Positions 1-9,630 are shown, numbered from the stretch's first letter. The stretch is DNA of 49,755 nucleotides from Candidatus Chisholmbacteria bacterium (GCA_016176555.1 JACOWY010000002.1:1-49755), one strand, 5' to 3'. The notes: generated by a model from the letters alone, not told the origin. A program made the numbers and translations.

Positions 1-46
1 CAGAACGAGAGACAACGATACAATTTACTGCGTAATCGATACATAC

Positions 47-130
47 ATGAGAAGCCTTAAATATTATTTTCCAGTCGCTTTTATAAAGGCGCATTTCCGC
101 CAAATTCTTAGTGTTTGGAGGCAGCCGTAG
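47..130 (+). CDS. Putative 27-aa leader peptide MRSLKYYFPVAFIKAHFRQILSVWRQP
   Basis: Hand-translated ATG47..TAG130, directly followed by competing antiterminator/terminator segments; TACAAT at 19-24. Confidence 0.4.
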   Translation: MRSLKYYFPVAFIKAHFRQILSVWRQP

Positions 131-157
131 GGAGGGCATAAGAGACTTGAAATGAGA

Positions 158-183
158 CCCTCCCCAGCGGAGGGATTTTTTAT
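158..183 (+). terminator. Intrinsic terminator-like hairpin CCCTCC-ccagc-GGAGGG plus T run
   Basis: 6-bp GC stem 158-163/169-174 followed by ATTTTTTAT. Confidence 0.55.
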
Positions 184-233
184 GGCAACCTGGGGTTGCC
201 GTAACGCTAATTAGATGTTTTGGATTTCTTGTT

Positions 234-596
234 ATGGCTAATGTCGAAACAGCATTAAGACGATATGGTTTGGACGTACGGGGCATGGAACCTCCACCCG
301 ACGGGCGAACGTGCCAACGATGGCTTCAAGAATGTAGGAATACAGTAACTCCTCTAGTCCAACTTGACGAGTTGCTCGGTCAAGAAATTCCGAGATTTGA
401 TGATTACGGTGTTTACGAGCATGGTACTAACCGAGGCGTTCCTTACACGATGGTCGGAGGAATAATGATGAAGGATAACAGTCCTGTCTTCACTCACGTC
501 GCGTTCTCTTTTGGTGAGACTTTAAATGTAGATCAAGTCAGAGCATTAGGACCATCTATTCCCTTCGATAAATGGATTTCCGTAGAGAAAGTTTAG
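234..596 (+). CDS. Hypothetical protein (120 aa)
   Basis: ORF track; natural-looking composition; convergent with recJ; no family recognised. Confidence 0.6.
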   Translation: MANVETALRRYGLDVRGMEPPPDGRTCQRWLQECRNTVTPLVQLDELLGQEIPRFDDYGVYEHGTNRGVPYTMVGGIMMKDNSPVFTHVAFSFGETLNVDQVRALGPSIPFDKWISVEKV

Positions 597-599
597 ATT

Positions 600-2291
600 T
601 CAGGCCTGAATATCTTTTATTTTTAATTGCAGTTCCTTTTTGCCATTCCATTGGTTGAGATCGAGAGTGTAGGCGAGGTCGACTGAAGCATGGGGCTTTC
701 CGCCTCTCACGGCGGATCCGCCTGTGGCGGAGAGTTTGGCGGCGTACTCCCCTAGCCTAAAGCCGATGGCGGGGAAAATATCTTTACCCTGACTGATGGT
801 GAGTTTGAGATGACTCTTGTCGCTGCCGACGGCGCGGGAGTCCAAAACGGTGACGTTTTTGGTGGCAAAAACCGGCCGCTGGTTGTCCATGCCAAAAGGC
901 TCAAATTGGGTAAGTTCGTGATGGAGAGTTTGAGTAATGTCGGCCAGATTGATTTCGCAATCGATATTGAGAGTACGTTGGAGCATGTCCCAGGTTAAGA
1001 TTTTTCTGGCGTGGCCTTGAAGTTTTTTGGTTAAAGTAGCGATTTTCCGAGCTTCGATGGTGAAGCCCGCTGCCATGGGGTGACCGCCGACGTTGACAAA
1101 GAGGTCGTTAAATTGGCGGAGAGCAGCGATGATGTCGTAGCCGGGGATAGAGCGAGCCGAGGCTTTGGCCGTCAGGCCATTGAGGCTTAGCACAATGGCG
1201 GGGCGCCAATAGATTTCGGTCAACTTACCGGCGATGAGGCCGATGACGCCCTCGTGGTAACTCTCATGAGCCACGACGAGGACTTTATGGGTAGCGAGTT
1301 GTTTTTTAGCTAAATTTTGGGCGTGAAGGAGTTGCTCTTCGGTGAGAAGCTGGCGGTCGCGGTTGGTCACTCCCAAGGTCGTGGCTAGCTCACGAGCCCG
1401 AGTGAAATTCGTAGTGCACAAAAGTCTTAAAGAATCGAGGGCGTGGCCCAAGCGCCCCATGGCATTGAGGCGAGGGGCGACGATGTAGTTAATTTGGTAT
1501 GTATCAATAATTTTTGGATCTACTTGGGCCTCTTGGAACAAGTGCTTGAGGCCGATGCGGGTAGTGTGCTTCAGGCTCTCCAAACCGTGCTTGACGAGAT
1601 TACGATTGGCACCAAGTAACGGCACCATGTCGGCCACGGAGCCGATGGCGGCTAATTCGAGGGTGTCGGGGATAGGCTTCTTTAGTCTTTTGGCGATAGC
1701 TTGGGCAAAAAACCAAGCGACGCCGGAGCCCGCTAGTTTAGTGGTGTGGACGAAACTGTGGGCTTTGGGTAGAGATTTAGCGGCGACGTGGTGATCAGTG
1801 ATGACTACGTCTATACCTTCTTGGTTGGCATAGTCGACAGCTTCGTGAGCGACGATGCCGTTATCGACGGTAATAACTAGCGGTTTGGCTGAAATTTCTT
1901 TGAGGGCGTCCTTGAGGCCAGCGACTGATAATCCATAGCCGTGTTTGAGGCGATGCGGTAAAAATGGTAGTGCCTTGGCACCAAGTTGGTGGAGCGTTTC
2001 CCACAGTATGGCAGTGGCGCAAATACCATCGGCGTCGTAATCACCGTAGACGATGATAGGTTCTTGGGACTTTATCGCTAGGACGACTCGGTCTATGGCA
2101 CGGCGGAGATTTTTGGCGTCAAACTCAAGTTCTTTGGCTGCTAACTTAGTGGGAAGCGGGGGCTGAAGAAATTGTTTTTGTTTTTCGAGCGTCGTCAAGC
2201 CTCGCTCTTTGAGAAGCCAATTAATGATAAGCTGGCGGCGTTTTTCCGCAGATGCCGAGGAAATTTTTTGGTGTATTTTCCATACCTTCAT
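600..2291 (-). CDS. recJ: Single-stranded DNA exonuclease RecJ
   Basis: YGDYDADG, TVDNG, DHH, PRLNAMGRL and GGHPMAAG motifs. Confidence 0.97.
   Translation of the reverse strand: MKVWKIHQKISSASAEKRRQLIINWLLKERGLTTLEKQKQFLQPPLPTKLAAKELEFDAKNLRRAIDRVVLAIKSQEPIIVYGDYDADGICATAILWETLHQLGAKALPFLPHRLKHGYGLSVAGLKDALKEISAKPLVITVDNGIVAHEAVDYANQEGIDVVITDHHVAAKSLPKAHSFVHTTKLAGSGVAWFFAQAIAKRLKKPIPDTLELAAIGSVADMVPLLGANRNLVKHGLESLKHTTRIGLKHLFQEAQVDPKIIDTYQINYIVAPRLNAMGRLGHALDSLRLLCTTNFTRARELATTLGVTNRDRQLLTEEQLLHAQNLAKKQLATHKVLVVAHESYHEGVIGLIAGKLTEIYWRPAIVLSLNGLTAKASARSIPGYDIIAALRQFNDLFVNVGGHPMAAGFTIEARKIATLTKKLQGHARKILTWDMLQRTLNIDCEINLADITQTLHHELTQFEPFGMDNQRPVFATKNVTVLDSRAVGSDKSHLKLTISQGKDIFPAIGFRLGEYAAKLSATGGSAVRGGKPHASVDLAYTLDLNQWNGKKELQLKIKDIQA
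699..731. repeat. Double palindrome TCCGCC-N6-GGCGGA TCCGCC-N3-GGCGGA in frame within recJ
   Basis: 33 nt encoding SATGGSAVRGG in the C-terminal OB region. Confidence 0.8.
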
Positions 2292-2400
2292 GGTAGGATC
2301 ATCTTATCACCAACTTCATAGGCACCAGACTGTCCCCGCGTGATCCAGTTAAGACTTTGAGAGTTTTAAACACTGCGGCCTAACACAGATTTACGCAGAT

Positions 2401-3834
2401 ATGAAAGCTACATTTATCCGAGAATCGTTACCACAACAAATGGCAGGAAATATTCCCGAAGAGATACATGAGTTTTTTCGTCGGTTTGCGACCCAGGGGT
2501 TTGACATTTGGCTCGTGGGGGCGGGGGTGCGGGCGCTTTTGATGGACCAGCTAATGGTCAATCCCGATTTCACCACTAATGCGACACCTCAGGAGATGCA
2601 AAAGTTATTTCCAGATAGTTTTTATGACAATACTTTTGGCACGGTGGGAATACCTCAGAAAATCGTGCGGGGCGGCGACGAACGTGAAGAAGTGTTTGAG
2701 GTGACGACCTATCGGACTGAACATGGGTACAGTGACAAACGCCGGCCAGACAAGGTGGTATGGGGGAAAACTTTGGAGGAGGATTTGTCGCGGCGCGACT
2801 TTACCATTAATGCCATGGTCATTGGTTTAGATAAAAATCAAAAATCAAAAATAAAAAAGCAAAAATTATTATTGGTTGACCCTTTCAACGGTCGGGGAGA
2901 TTTGGAGAAGAAATTAGTCCGGGCGGTGGGTGAGGCGAGCGAACGCTTCCAAGAGGATGCGCTCAGGATGATGCGGGCGATTAGAATCGGGACCCAACTG
3001 AAGTTTACTATCGAAGAAAAGACGCTGGCGGCAATTCAAACAAATGCTCAGCTTTTAGAGCACGTGAGTAGAGAACGAGTGCGAGGGGAACTTTTAAAAA
3101 TTTTGGCTTCGGATCAGCCGGCGGATGGGGTGCTGTTACTTCGGGCTTCGGGACTTTTGCAGTACATCGTGCCCGAGATGCTCGCCATGCAAGGGGTAAA
3201 ACAAATTGGCCATCATATTTATGACGTATGGACACATGCGATTGAGTCTTTGAGAGGCTGCCCGAGCAAAGATCCGATCATCAGACTGGCGACGCTGCTA
3301 CACGATATTGGGAAACCCAAAACGGCCCAACCCCGTGATGGCAAAGAAGTAACGTTTTATGGCCACGAAGTGGTGGGAGCGCGGATGGTTAAGGATATGG
3401 CCGAACGGTTGCGATTTTCAAGGAAGGAAATTGAGCGACTGACGACTTTGGTGCGCTGGCACATGTTTGCTTATGATACGCAGATGACCGATGCGGCGAT
3501 TCGGCGGTTTATTCGCCGGGTGGGGGTAGATAATATTAACGATATGATGATGCTGCGGGTTGGTGATCGGGTGGGTGGAGGGAGTAAATCAACTAGTTGG
3601 AGGCTTCGGGAATTGCAGCAGAGAATCGGGGAACAATTGTATGAGCCTTTGACGGTGAAGGACCTGAAGATCGATGGGCACGACGTGATGAAGCTAGTTG
3701 GTATTAAGCCCGGTCCCGAAGTGGGGAAGATTCTGAATAAACTTTTTGAGGAAGTGATTGAAGATACGCGGAAGAATGAACGGGAATATTTGCTTAAACG
3801 AACGGAAGAGTTGCACAAAAACTCTAATAATTAA
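2401..3834 (+). CDS. cca: CCA-adding/poly(A) polymerase family tRNA nucleotidyltransferase with HD domain
   Basis: EDLSRRDFTINA, RFQEDALR, LLHDIGKP and FYGHE motifs. Confidence 0.92.
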   Translation: MKATFIRESLPQQMAGNIPEEIHEFFRRFATQGFDIWLVGAGVRALLMDQLMVNPDFTTNATPQEMQKLFPDSFYDNTFGTVGIPQKIVRGGDEREEVFEVTTYRTEHGYSDKRRPDKVVWGKTLEEDLSRRDFTINAMVIGLDKNQKSKIKKQKLLLVDPFNGRGDLEKKLVRAVGEASERFQEDALRMMRAIRIGTQLKFTIEEKTLAAIQTNAQLLEHVSRERVRGELLKILASDQPADGVLLLRASGLLQYIVPEMLAMQGVKQIGHHIYDVWTHAIESLRGCPSKDPIIRLATLLHDIGKPKTAQPRDGKEVTFYGHEVVGARMVKDMAERLRFSRKEIERLTTLVRWHMFAYDTQMTDAAIRRFIRRVGVDNINDMMMLRVGDRVGGGSKSTSWRLRELQQRIGEQLYEPLTVKDLKIDGHDVMKLVGIKPGPEVGKILNKLFEEVIEDTRKNEREYLLKRTEELHKNSNN

Positions 3835-4417
3835 GTTGTTGCCAGTCTGTTAGTTTTTCTTTGGCGAAGACGAGTTTGATGATGCCGCCCATGGGAACGT
3901 AGGGGTAGCGCCTTTGAACATATTTTTCGAGATCGCCGTCGACGAGGCCGTAGAGGAGGAGCATGATGGGGTCACCGTGAGAGACGACGACGATATTTTT
4001 GCCAGTGAATTGAGATCTAAGATGAGTGATGAGACGATGCATTCTTTTGAATATGGCAGTCATGGTTTCGCCGCCCCCGCCAAAATAATCAGGATGGAGG
4101 TAGATTACTTGAGCCAAAGCGTTGATTTTCTCTCTACTTTGACCCTCTAAGGTGCTTTTAATTTCGATAGCCAGCGGCGAAACTCTTGGCTGTAACTTTA
4201 AGGTCTTGGCAATGATGGCGGCTGTTTCTTTGGTGCGGGTGATGGGGCTGGTATACAAATGGTTAATGTTTTTGTCTTTAAAATAGTGACCTAAATCTTT
4301 GGCACATTTCCTACCGTTAGATGAAAGTGGGAAACCTGGCAGGCGGCCGGGAATGATGCCTTCCGTATCTTCGTACTCGCAGTGGCGAACAAGATAGACC
4401 GTTGTTTCAATGGGCAT
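3824..4417 (-). CDS. Histidine phosphatase (phosphoglycerate mutase-like) family protein
   Basis: LVRHCE, YTSP..RTKETA and VVSHG motifs. Confidence 0.88.
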   Translation of the reverse strand: MPIETTVYLVRHCEYEDTEGIIPGRLPGFPLSSNGRKCAKDLGHYFKDKNINHLYTSPITRTKETAAIIAKTLKLQPRVSPLAIEIKSTLEGQSREKINALAQVIYLHPDYFGGGGETMTAIFKRMHRLITHLRSQFTGKNIVVVSHGDPIMLLLYGLVDGDLEKYVQRRYPYVPMGGIIKLVFAKEKLTDWQQLNY

Positions 4418-5327
4418 GTTTTCTTTTTTCGAAGATGACTAAGAGAGGCGCTGCCGTGAACGTGCTGCTGTAGGTACCGGTGATGGTGCCGATGAGAAGA
4501 GCCAAGGCAAAATTTTTAGTGGTGTCGCCGCCTAAAAGATAGAGAGAAAGGAGCATGAAGATGATAGTCATGGAGTTATTGATCGAGCGGGCGAGGGTTT
4601 CGACGACTGATTTGTTGACTAAGGCTTCGAATGAGGCTTGGGGATATAAACGCCTGCTTTCCCGGATGCGATCAAAGACGACGATGGTGTCGTGGACTGA
4701 GAAAGAAAGAACGGTGAGAACGGCGGTGACAAACAGGGTGTCAACTTCTATACCTTTGACTACACCTAAAATACTGAAGACGCCCGCGAGAATGAAGGTA
4801 TCATGAAACATAGCGATGAGGGCCGCTAGCCCGAAGGTCAGTTCCCGGAAGCGCCAGGCAATAAAGAGCAAAATAAAAGTGGCGGCAATGGCAACGGCGA
4901 TGAGAGTTTTTTGCAAAAGTTCTTTGCCCAAGGTCGGGCCAACAGTCTCGAAACGAATTTCTTCAATCTCGCCGACTTTTTCTTCGAGTGTTTGTTTTAG
5001 TTCAAGGTGCTCTTCTTGACTCAGGGGTTTGGCGTGGATAATAAATGAACTTGCCCGCCCCTCGATCGTCACAATTCTATCGTCAGATAAAGACTCTTCT
5101 AGTGAAGGCTGTGGTTTTTCAGTATTTATTTTTATTTCCCAGACTGTACCACCCGTAAAATCGATCGAGGGTTTGAGGCCAAATTTGAGCAGGGAGATGA
5201 CGCCGGGAATGATGACCAATAGCGACAGGGCAAAGTAGATGAGGCGGTATTTCATGGGATGGGTTAACATTCTGAGTGAAACGAAGAACGTCGGCTGATT
5301 CGGCAGCTGCCGAAGAAGCGTAGACAT
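4407..5327 (-). CDS. secF: Protein translocase subunit SecF (start ATG5327, or ATG5270 after the repeat insert)
   Basis: SIDFTGG, VGPTLG.EL, FHD and SVHDTIVVFDRIRE motifs; follows secD. Confidence 0.96.
   Translation of the reverse strand: MSTLLRQLPNQPTFFVSLRMLTHPMKYRLIYFALSLLVIIPGVISLLKFGLKPSIDFTGGTVWEIKINTEKPQPSLEESLSDDRIVTIEGRASSFIIHAKPLSQEEHLELKQTLEEKVGEIEEIRFETVGPTLGKELLQKTLIAVAIAATFILLFIAWRFRELTFGLAALIAMFHDTFILAGVFSILGVVKGIEVDTLFVTAVLTVLSFSVHDTIVVFDRIRESRRLYPQASFEALVNKSVVETLARSINNSMTIIFMLLSLYLLGGDTTKNFALALLIGTITGTYSSTFTAAPLLVIFEKRKHAH
5271..5324 (-). repeat. CTAC-hairpin-CCG element at the secF start
   Basis: TCTACGCTTCTTCGGCAGCTGCCGAATCAGCCGACGTT closely matches the copies at 9022 and 40783. 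Confidence 0.8.
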
Positions 5328-5329
5328 AG

Positions 5330-6688
5330 TTATTTTTTACCTCTGACGGCAAAACGGATGAGAGAACGGGAGATGACGACACCGGTGAATAAACTGACGA
5401 TGATACCGAGGCCTAAAGTGATGGCAAAGCCCCGAACCAGTCCGCTTAAGGGGAGAAAGCTCCAATTCAGGGGATTAAACAAAATGAAGGCGGTGATGAG
5501 AGTGGCGAGGTTGGCGTCTTTAATGCTATCCCAAGCGCGGCCAAAGCCGAGCTCGACAGCCAGCGCCCAGGGTTTACCTAAGCGGAGCTCTTCTTTGAGG
5601 CGTTCAAAAATCAAAATGTTACTGTCAACTGCCATGCCAACGGAGAGAATAAAGCCCGCGAGACCCGGCAAAGTAAGGGTAATGGGGATGAGGCGGTAGA
5701 GACTTAAGGTAATGAGGCCGTAGATAAGGAGGCTTGAAGCGGCCACTAAACCTAATTTGCCGTAATAGGCGACCATAAAGATCACGACGACCGTGAGACC
5801 AATTAAACCGGCGCTGATACTTTTTTGCACTGATTCGGCCCCGAGGGTGGGGCCGACACTACGCTCGCTCACAATTTCTATAGGAGTGGGGAGAGCTCCG
5901 GCGTTGAGTTGAACGGCAAGCTCGCGCGCTTGTTCAGTGGTAAAGCCACCGGTGATGACGGCGTTGCCATCAGTTATTTCTTGTTGGACGATGGGGGCCG
6001 AGAGGGGGATGTCGTCAAGAAAAATGGCGACTGGTTTGCCGATATTTCTTTGGGTAATGTCAGCAAATTTTTTGGCCCCATCCTCGCTAAATTCTAGTCC
6101 GACCAAGGCTTCACCGGTGCCCCTTTGATCAAATTGCACTTGGGCCCGACGCAAGTCTTGACCGGTGAGACCAGTGGGGATGAGGTTAGTTAATAATTCG
6201 GCCGCGGAGCTCGCTTCGGGCAAATCGGGGTTAAGTTCACGGAAGTCAAGCTGAGCAGTTTGGCCGATGAGGGAGAGAGCACTGTCTATATTTTTGATCC
6301 CGGGGAGCTGGACACTGAGGCGATAGTCATCTTTTTCTTTGATTCTTTGGATGACTGGCTCGGCGACGCCGAAGAGATCAACCCGGCGGCGAATGACTTC
6401 TTCGGCGCTTTTCCAGGCGCTGTCTCGATCAGAATCTGGTATGTTGGTCATATCCAACTTTAAGACAACTTCAGTCCCTCCCTGGAGATCTAGACCTTGT
6501 CTGATGGTGGTGTCGCGGCTGAGGTGCCAAGGGCCGAGATCAAATTTGAGGGGGGGGCGGCGAATGGTGGTAGAGAGATTAATTGGCCCTTGGTGGATAT
6601 TGACTGGAAGATTTTCAGGCAGATTGAGGAGAACAACACTGACCAACAACAACAAGAACGCTACTAGGGCGATCGGTCTCAACTTCAT
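5330..6688 (-). CDS. secD: Protein translocase subunit SecD
   Basis: GLDLQGG, RRVDLFGVAEP, LNAGALP and GMAVDSNILIFER motifs. Confidence 0.97.
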   Translation of the reverse strand: MKLRPIALVAFLLLLVSVVLLNLPENLPVNIHQGPINLSTTIRRPPLKFDLGPWHLSRDTTIRQGLDLQGGTEVVLKLDMTNIPDSDRDSAWKSAEEVIRRRVDLFGVAEPVIQRIKEKDDYRLSVQLPGIKNIDSALSLIGQTAQLDFRELNPDLPEASSAAELLTNLIPTGLTGQDLRRAQVQFDQRGTGEALVGLEFSEDGAKKFADITQRNIGKPVAIFLDDIPLSAPIVQQEITDGNAVITGGFTTEQARELAVQLNAGALPTPIEIVSERSVGPTLGAESVQKSISAGLIGLTVVVIFMVAYYGKLGLVAASSLLIYGLITLSLYRLIPITLTLPGLAGFILSVGMAVDSNILIFERLKEELRLGKPWALAVELGFGRAWDSIKDANLATLITAFILFNPLNWSFLPLSGLVRGFAITLGLGIIVSLFTGVVISRSLIRFAVRGKK

Positions 6689-6751
6689 CAGTTTACTTTA
6701 CCACGATACCAGTCCCGCTTGGCGGGACTGTACGTGGTTTCGGGAAAGACC

Positions 6752-6940
6752 TCACGTTTTTGGGGGTGGTTTTAAAAGGCGAAGCTGTCTGACGCCCGCG
6801 AAAGTGTAGGTGATCTTCCCTTTCTCCGGATAGGTGCTGACCGTAGTGGTATCCCCGACTTTGACGCCGACCATGCGGACAAATTCTGCCGGCACCGTGA
6901 CGGCAGTGGAGTTGCCTGCCCTGATCACTTTTTGTTTCAT
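6752..6940 (-). CDS. AbrB/MazE/SpoVT-family DNA-binding protein
   Basis: KVIRAGNS.AVTVP..F....G.KVGD pattern; lies 3 nt after the upstream stop. Confidence 0.85.
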   Translation of the reverse strand: MKQKVIRAGNSTAVTVPAEFVRMVGVKVGDTTTVSTYPEKGKITYTFAGVRQLRLLKPPPKT

Positions 6941-6943
6941 CTT

Positions 6944-7525
6944 TCACGAGACGAGGGTGTCTTCGTCGCCCAAGAGCATGACTTTGCTATTTTGCAAAAT
7001 GCCGACCACAAAGGGATCGCGGCGGCGTTTACGGAAGTCAAATTCGTCTTTAGACATGACGGTATAATTGACTTCTTTCTCCCTCCGAGATTCTTCGGCG
7101 CGAACCAGCGCCGCGAGCTCGGGCATGACGACGGTGCCGACGACGAGTAAATCAACTTCGTCGCCTTCGCGGGGGCGATGGCGCACGAATTTGCCCGAGA
7201 GACAAGCAAAATTGATTTTGCCCAGTCTAGCTTTATTTTTGACGATGGCCCCCCCAAGGCCGGTGGTTTTGGCTACCAGGGCGAGAAGCTCGGGATAAAA
7301 GAGGTAGTCTTTACGGAAGAAATAGTAGACGCGGTTGCCTCGGTTTTCAGATTTGAGCATGCCTTTTATACTCAACCGCTGGAGTTCCCGGCGGACGGCG
7401 TTAATCTCTTCACCGACGAGCCTCGTCAACTCACGCACGTAGTACATTTCTTCTGGTTTATCGAGAAATACTTTGAGGAGTTTGCTTCTCACCCGTGAGA
7501 CCATGAAGTCCTGCAATGCTGCCAT
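6944..7525 (-). CDS. Winged-helix regulator fused to a degenerate nucleotidyltransferase-like domain
   Basis: YYVRELTR...EINAVRREL..L HTH; C-terminal SGKF....VDLLVVG. Confidence 0.8.
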   Translation of the reverse strand: MAALQDFMVSRVRSKLLKVFLDKPEEMYYVRELTRLVGEEINAVRRELQRLSIKGMLKSENRGNRVYYFFRKDYLFYPELLALVAKTTGLGGAIVKNKARLGKINFACLSGKFVRHRPREGDEVDLLVVGTVVMPELAALVRAEESRREKEVNYTVMSKDEFDFRKRRRDPFVVGILQNSKVMLLGDEDTLVS

Positions 7526-7704
7526 TTTGATTACTTTCGGGCACTAAGTTTGTACAAAACGAGCTTAAATTGTACTCATACCTTACTACGAGTAGAAAAT
7601 GTTTTCAATACGTAAAATTAACTCTGGAAAACAAAGATTCAAGGTCGCCTGCAGAACACAATAGAGTTAAAACCGACTCTTTTTGGCTATCTTCTCATTA
7701 AGGT

Positions 7705-7773
7705 TGTCATGCTGAGGGCAAAGCCCGAAGCATCTCAAGAGATCCTTCTCCTTCGGCTGCGCTCAGGATGACA
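7705..7773. repeat. GTCAT...ATGAC terminal-inverted palindromic repeat
   Basis: TGTCATGCTGAG/CTCAGGATGACA termini; related copy at 13497-13560. Confidence 0.7.
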
Positions 7774-7818
7774 GCGAGCTACAATTTTGTACCTGAGGTG
7801 AGCAACAAACTACGGGGG

Positions 7819-9000
7819 TTAGTATTCAACGTCCTGCCCGGCAGGAACAATCTCGACCCAAATTTGACCGCGGACAAATTCGACTTCTTTCTTTTTGGCA
7901 TCGACAAACAGGGTGCGATCGGTGCGGCTTTTTTTACTCCAAGTACCTTCTACTACTGCCCCATTTTGAAAGATGAGCAATTTACCGCCTTTGGTGGTGC
8001 CGTATATCATGTGCTTGAGATCATCGACCGGGCCTTCTTCCTGGGTAAATTGGACGACGACTACTTTCGCTTCGATAAGGCTCTCGTCATTGCGATCGCG
8101 CTGTGGCTCACCGCCATTGGTGCGGCGGTAGACGTTGGCTTCCTTATCGTAATTCCAGACGACCTCATAGTCTTCATAGTCAGACCAAAAGTCAAAAGAA
8201 ATCTCAGCGACACTGCCACGATCCCCAGTATCGGATTCATCTGCGAACTTCCAGGGGGTGAAGTCGTCCAGCCAATCTTCGCCATCAGGGTCTTCGTTGG
8301 TAAAGTCGCGCTTGTCTTTGGCAAATGCCCAGAGTTTTTCTGAAGTGGAATACATGGTGTGCTCGGTAGCCACAGTCCTGCCAAGGCGCTCGTAATCACG
8401 CCAGAAGGTGGGAAAACCGATACCAGCTTGGTCGAGGTCGTTGGCGGCAGACCAGCCGTATTGGATGATTTGTTCTTTGGCTCGAGCGCGAACATCCGTC
8501 ACTCCATCAGAGGCGTGGGCACCACCGACGTGGACATAGAGGGGAAAGACATATTCAGATGCCCAGTCTAGGTAGTAGGTGCGGGCAGAACGAATGGGGC
8601 CTAATTGGGTTTCTTCAGCTTGGACTTGGCAATAAAACAGAGTCAGGAAACGGGTGATGGCGCCTTCGGCCACGGCTTCGTAGACCACGTCGGCTCTGGA
8701 AAGACCCGATTGAGGCCGAGCTTCGGTGTGATTTTCAATCATCACCGCCAAGGGGCGGCGTTGCTCCCAGGATTTTTTCTCGGTTTTGGTAAACTTTTTG
8801 CCGTTTAAGGGGCACTCTTCCGTCTTCGGCTCACCAGGGTCAATTTGCAATCTGCCTTCGGCCCGAGGAATTGGCGTAACTGCCCCGCCACTTAAACCGA
8901 CTCCAAGAGAGTTAAAAATAGCGTAGGAAACCCCTGTAGCAAAGAGGTAGAGACCGAGGCCCGCGATGAGGGGTAAGGCTTTTGATTTGACTATATCCAT
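7819..9000 (-). CDS. DUF3048 (YerB-like) membrane-anchored protein
   Basis: RPLAVMIEN..EARPQSGL..ADVVYE.VAEG.ITRF and GPIRSAR motifs; N-terminal TM helix. Confidence 0.9.
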   Translation of the reverse strand: MDIVKSKALPLIAGLGLYLFATGVSYAIFNSLGVGLSGGAVTPIPRAEGRLQIDPGEPKTEECPLNGKKFTKTEKKSWEQRRPLAVMIENHTEARPQSGLSRADVVYEAVAEGAITRFLTLFYCQVQAEETQLGPIRSARTYYLDWASEYVFPLYVHVGGAHASDGVTDVRARAKEQIIQYGWSAANDLDQAGIGFPTFWRDYERLGRTVATEHTMYSTSEKLWAFAKDKRDFTNEDPDGEDWLDDFTPWKFADESDTGDRGSVAEISFDFWSDYEDYEVVWNYDKEANVYRRTNGGEPQRDRNDESLIEAKVVVVQFTQEEGPVDDLKHMIYGTTKGGKLLIFQNGAVVEGTWSKKSRTDRTLFVDAKKKEVEFVRGQIWVEIVPAGQDVEY

Positions 9001-9021
9001 TAGGCAGTAGCTTTCTTAATA

Positions 9022-9158
9022 TCTACGCCTCTCCGGCAGCGGCCGGATCAGCCGATGTTACTCACTTCGTTCGTAATGGACTACGGTCGCCTAAGGCGAC
9101 CCGTCGTTATGTCTGAGCCTCGCTGACGCTCGGCCGACGTAACTCGCTAAAGCTCGTT
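9022..9158 (+). repeat. Tandem cluster of three CTAC/CCG hairpin units
   Basis: Units begin at about 9022, 9081 and 9112; similar to 5271, 19091 and 10123. Confidence 0.75.
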
Positions 9159-9630
9159 ATCCGGTAGCCCTGGTAATCACAGCACGCTCTTCTTTGGAGA
9201 GCGTGTATCCCGGGCTTTTGCCGCGACTGATTTTTTTGGCGTAGATTCTGGTTTGGTCGCGACTGTGTAAAGAGCTTATCACAACCCCGTTATCCTGTCC
9301 ATCAAGTAGAGCGAGACAAAAACTCTGATCCCCCCCAGTATCGCTAAAGGGATTGTAACGGATGAAACCTATTTTTTGAATGTGAGGCAGAAGACGGATA
9401 TGCAACTCTTTCATAGCTTTCTTAAGCTCGTCTATTTCGCTGGCGGTAGTTTGATGGTCTTTTCTGAGGGTTTCTAAAACGGAGCGAAGGTCTCTTTTAT
9501 CCTTCCCATCAAACAGGGTGCGGAAACGAGCCTCACTCCGAACCAGCCAAAAGGTGACTAAACTCAGCCATAAAGTGAAGATGACTAGTATAGCTATAAA
9601 GGTAGGTGTTGATAACAAACCAGCGGACAT
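9157..9630 (-). CDS. DUF4446 family protein
   Basis: QKIG.IRYNPF.DTGGDQSF..ALLD, YAK and LS.EE motifs; N-terminal TM helix. Confidence 0.9.
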   Translation of the reverse strand: MSAGLLSTPTFIAILVIFTLWLSLVTFWLVRSEARFRTLFDGKDKRDLRSVLETLRKDHQTTASEIDELKKAMKELHIRLLPHIQKIGFIRYNPFSDTGGDQSFCLALLDGQDNGVVISSLHSRDQTRIYAKKISRGKSPGYTLSKEERAVITRATG

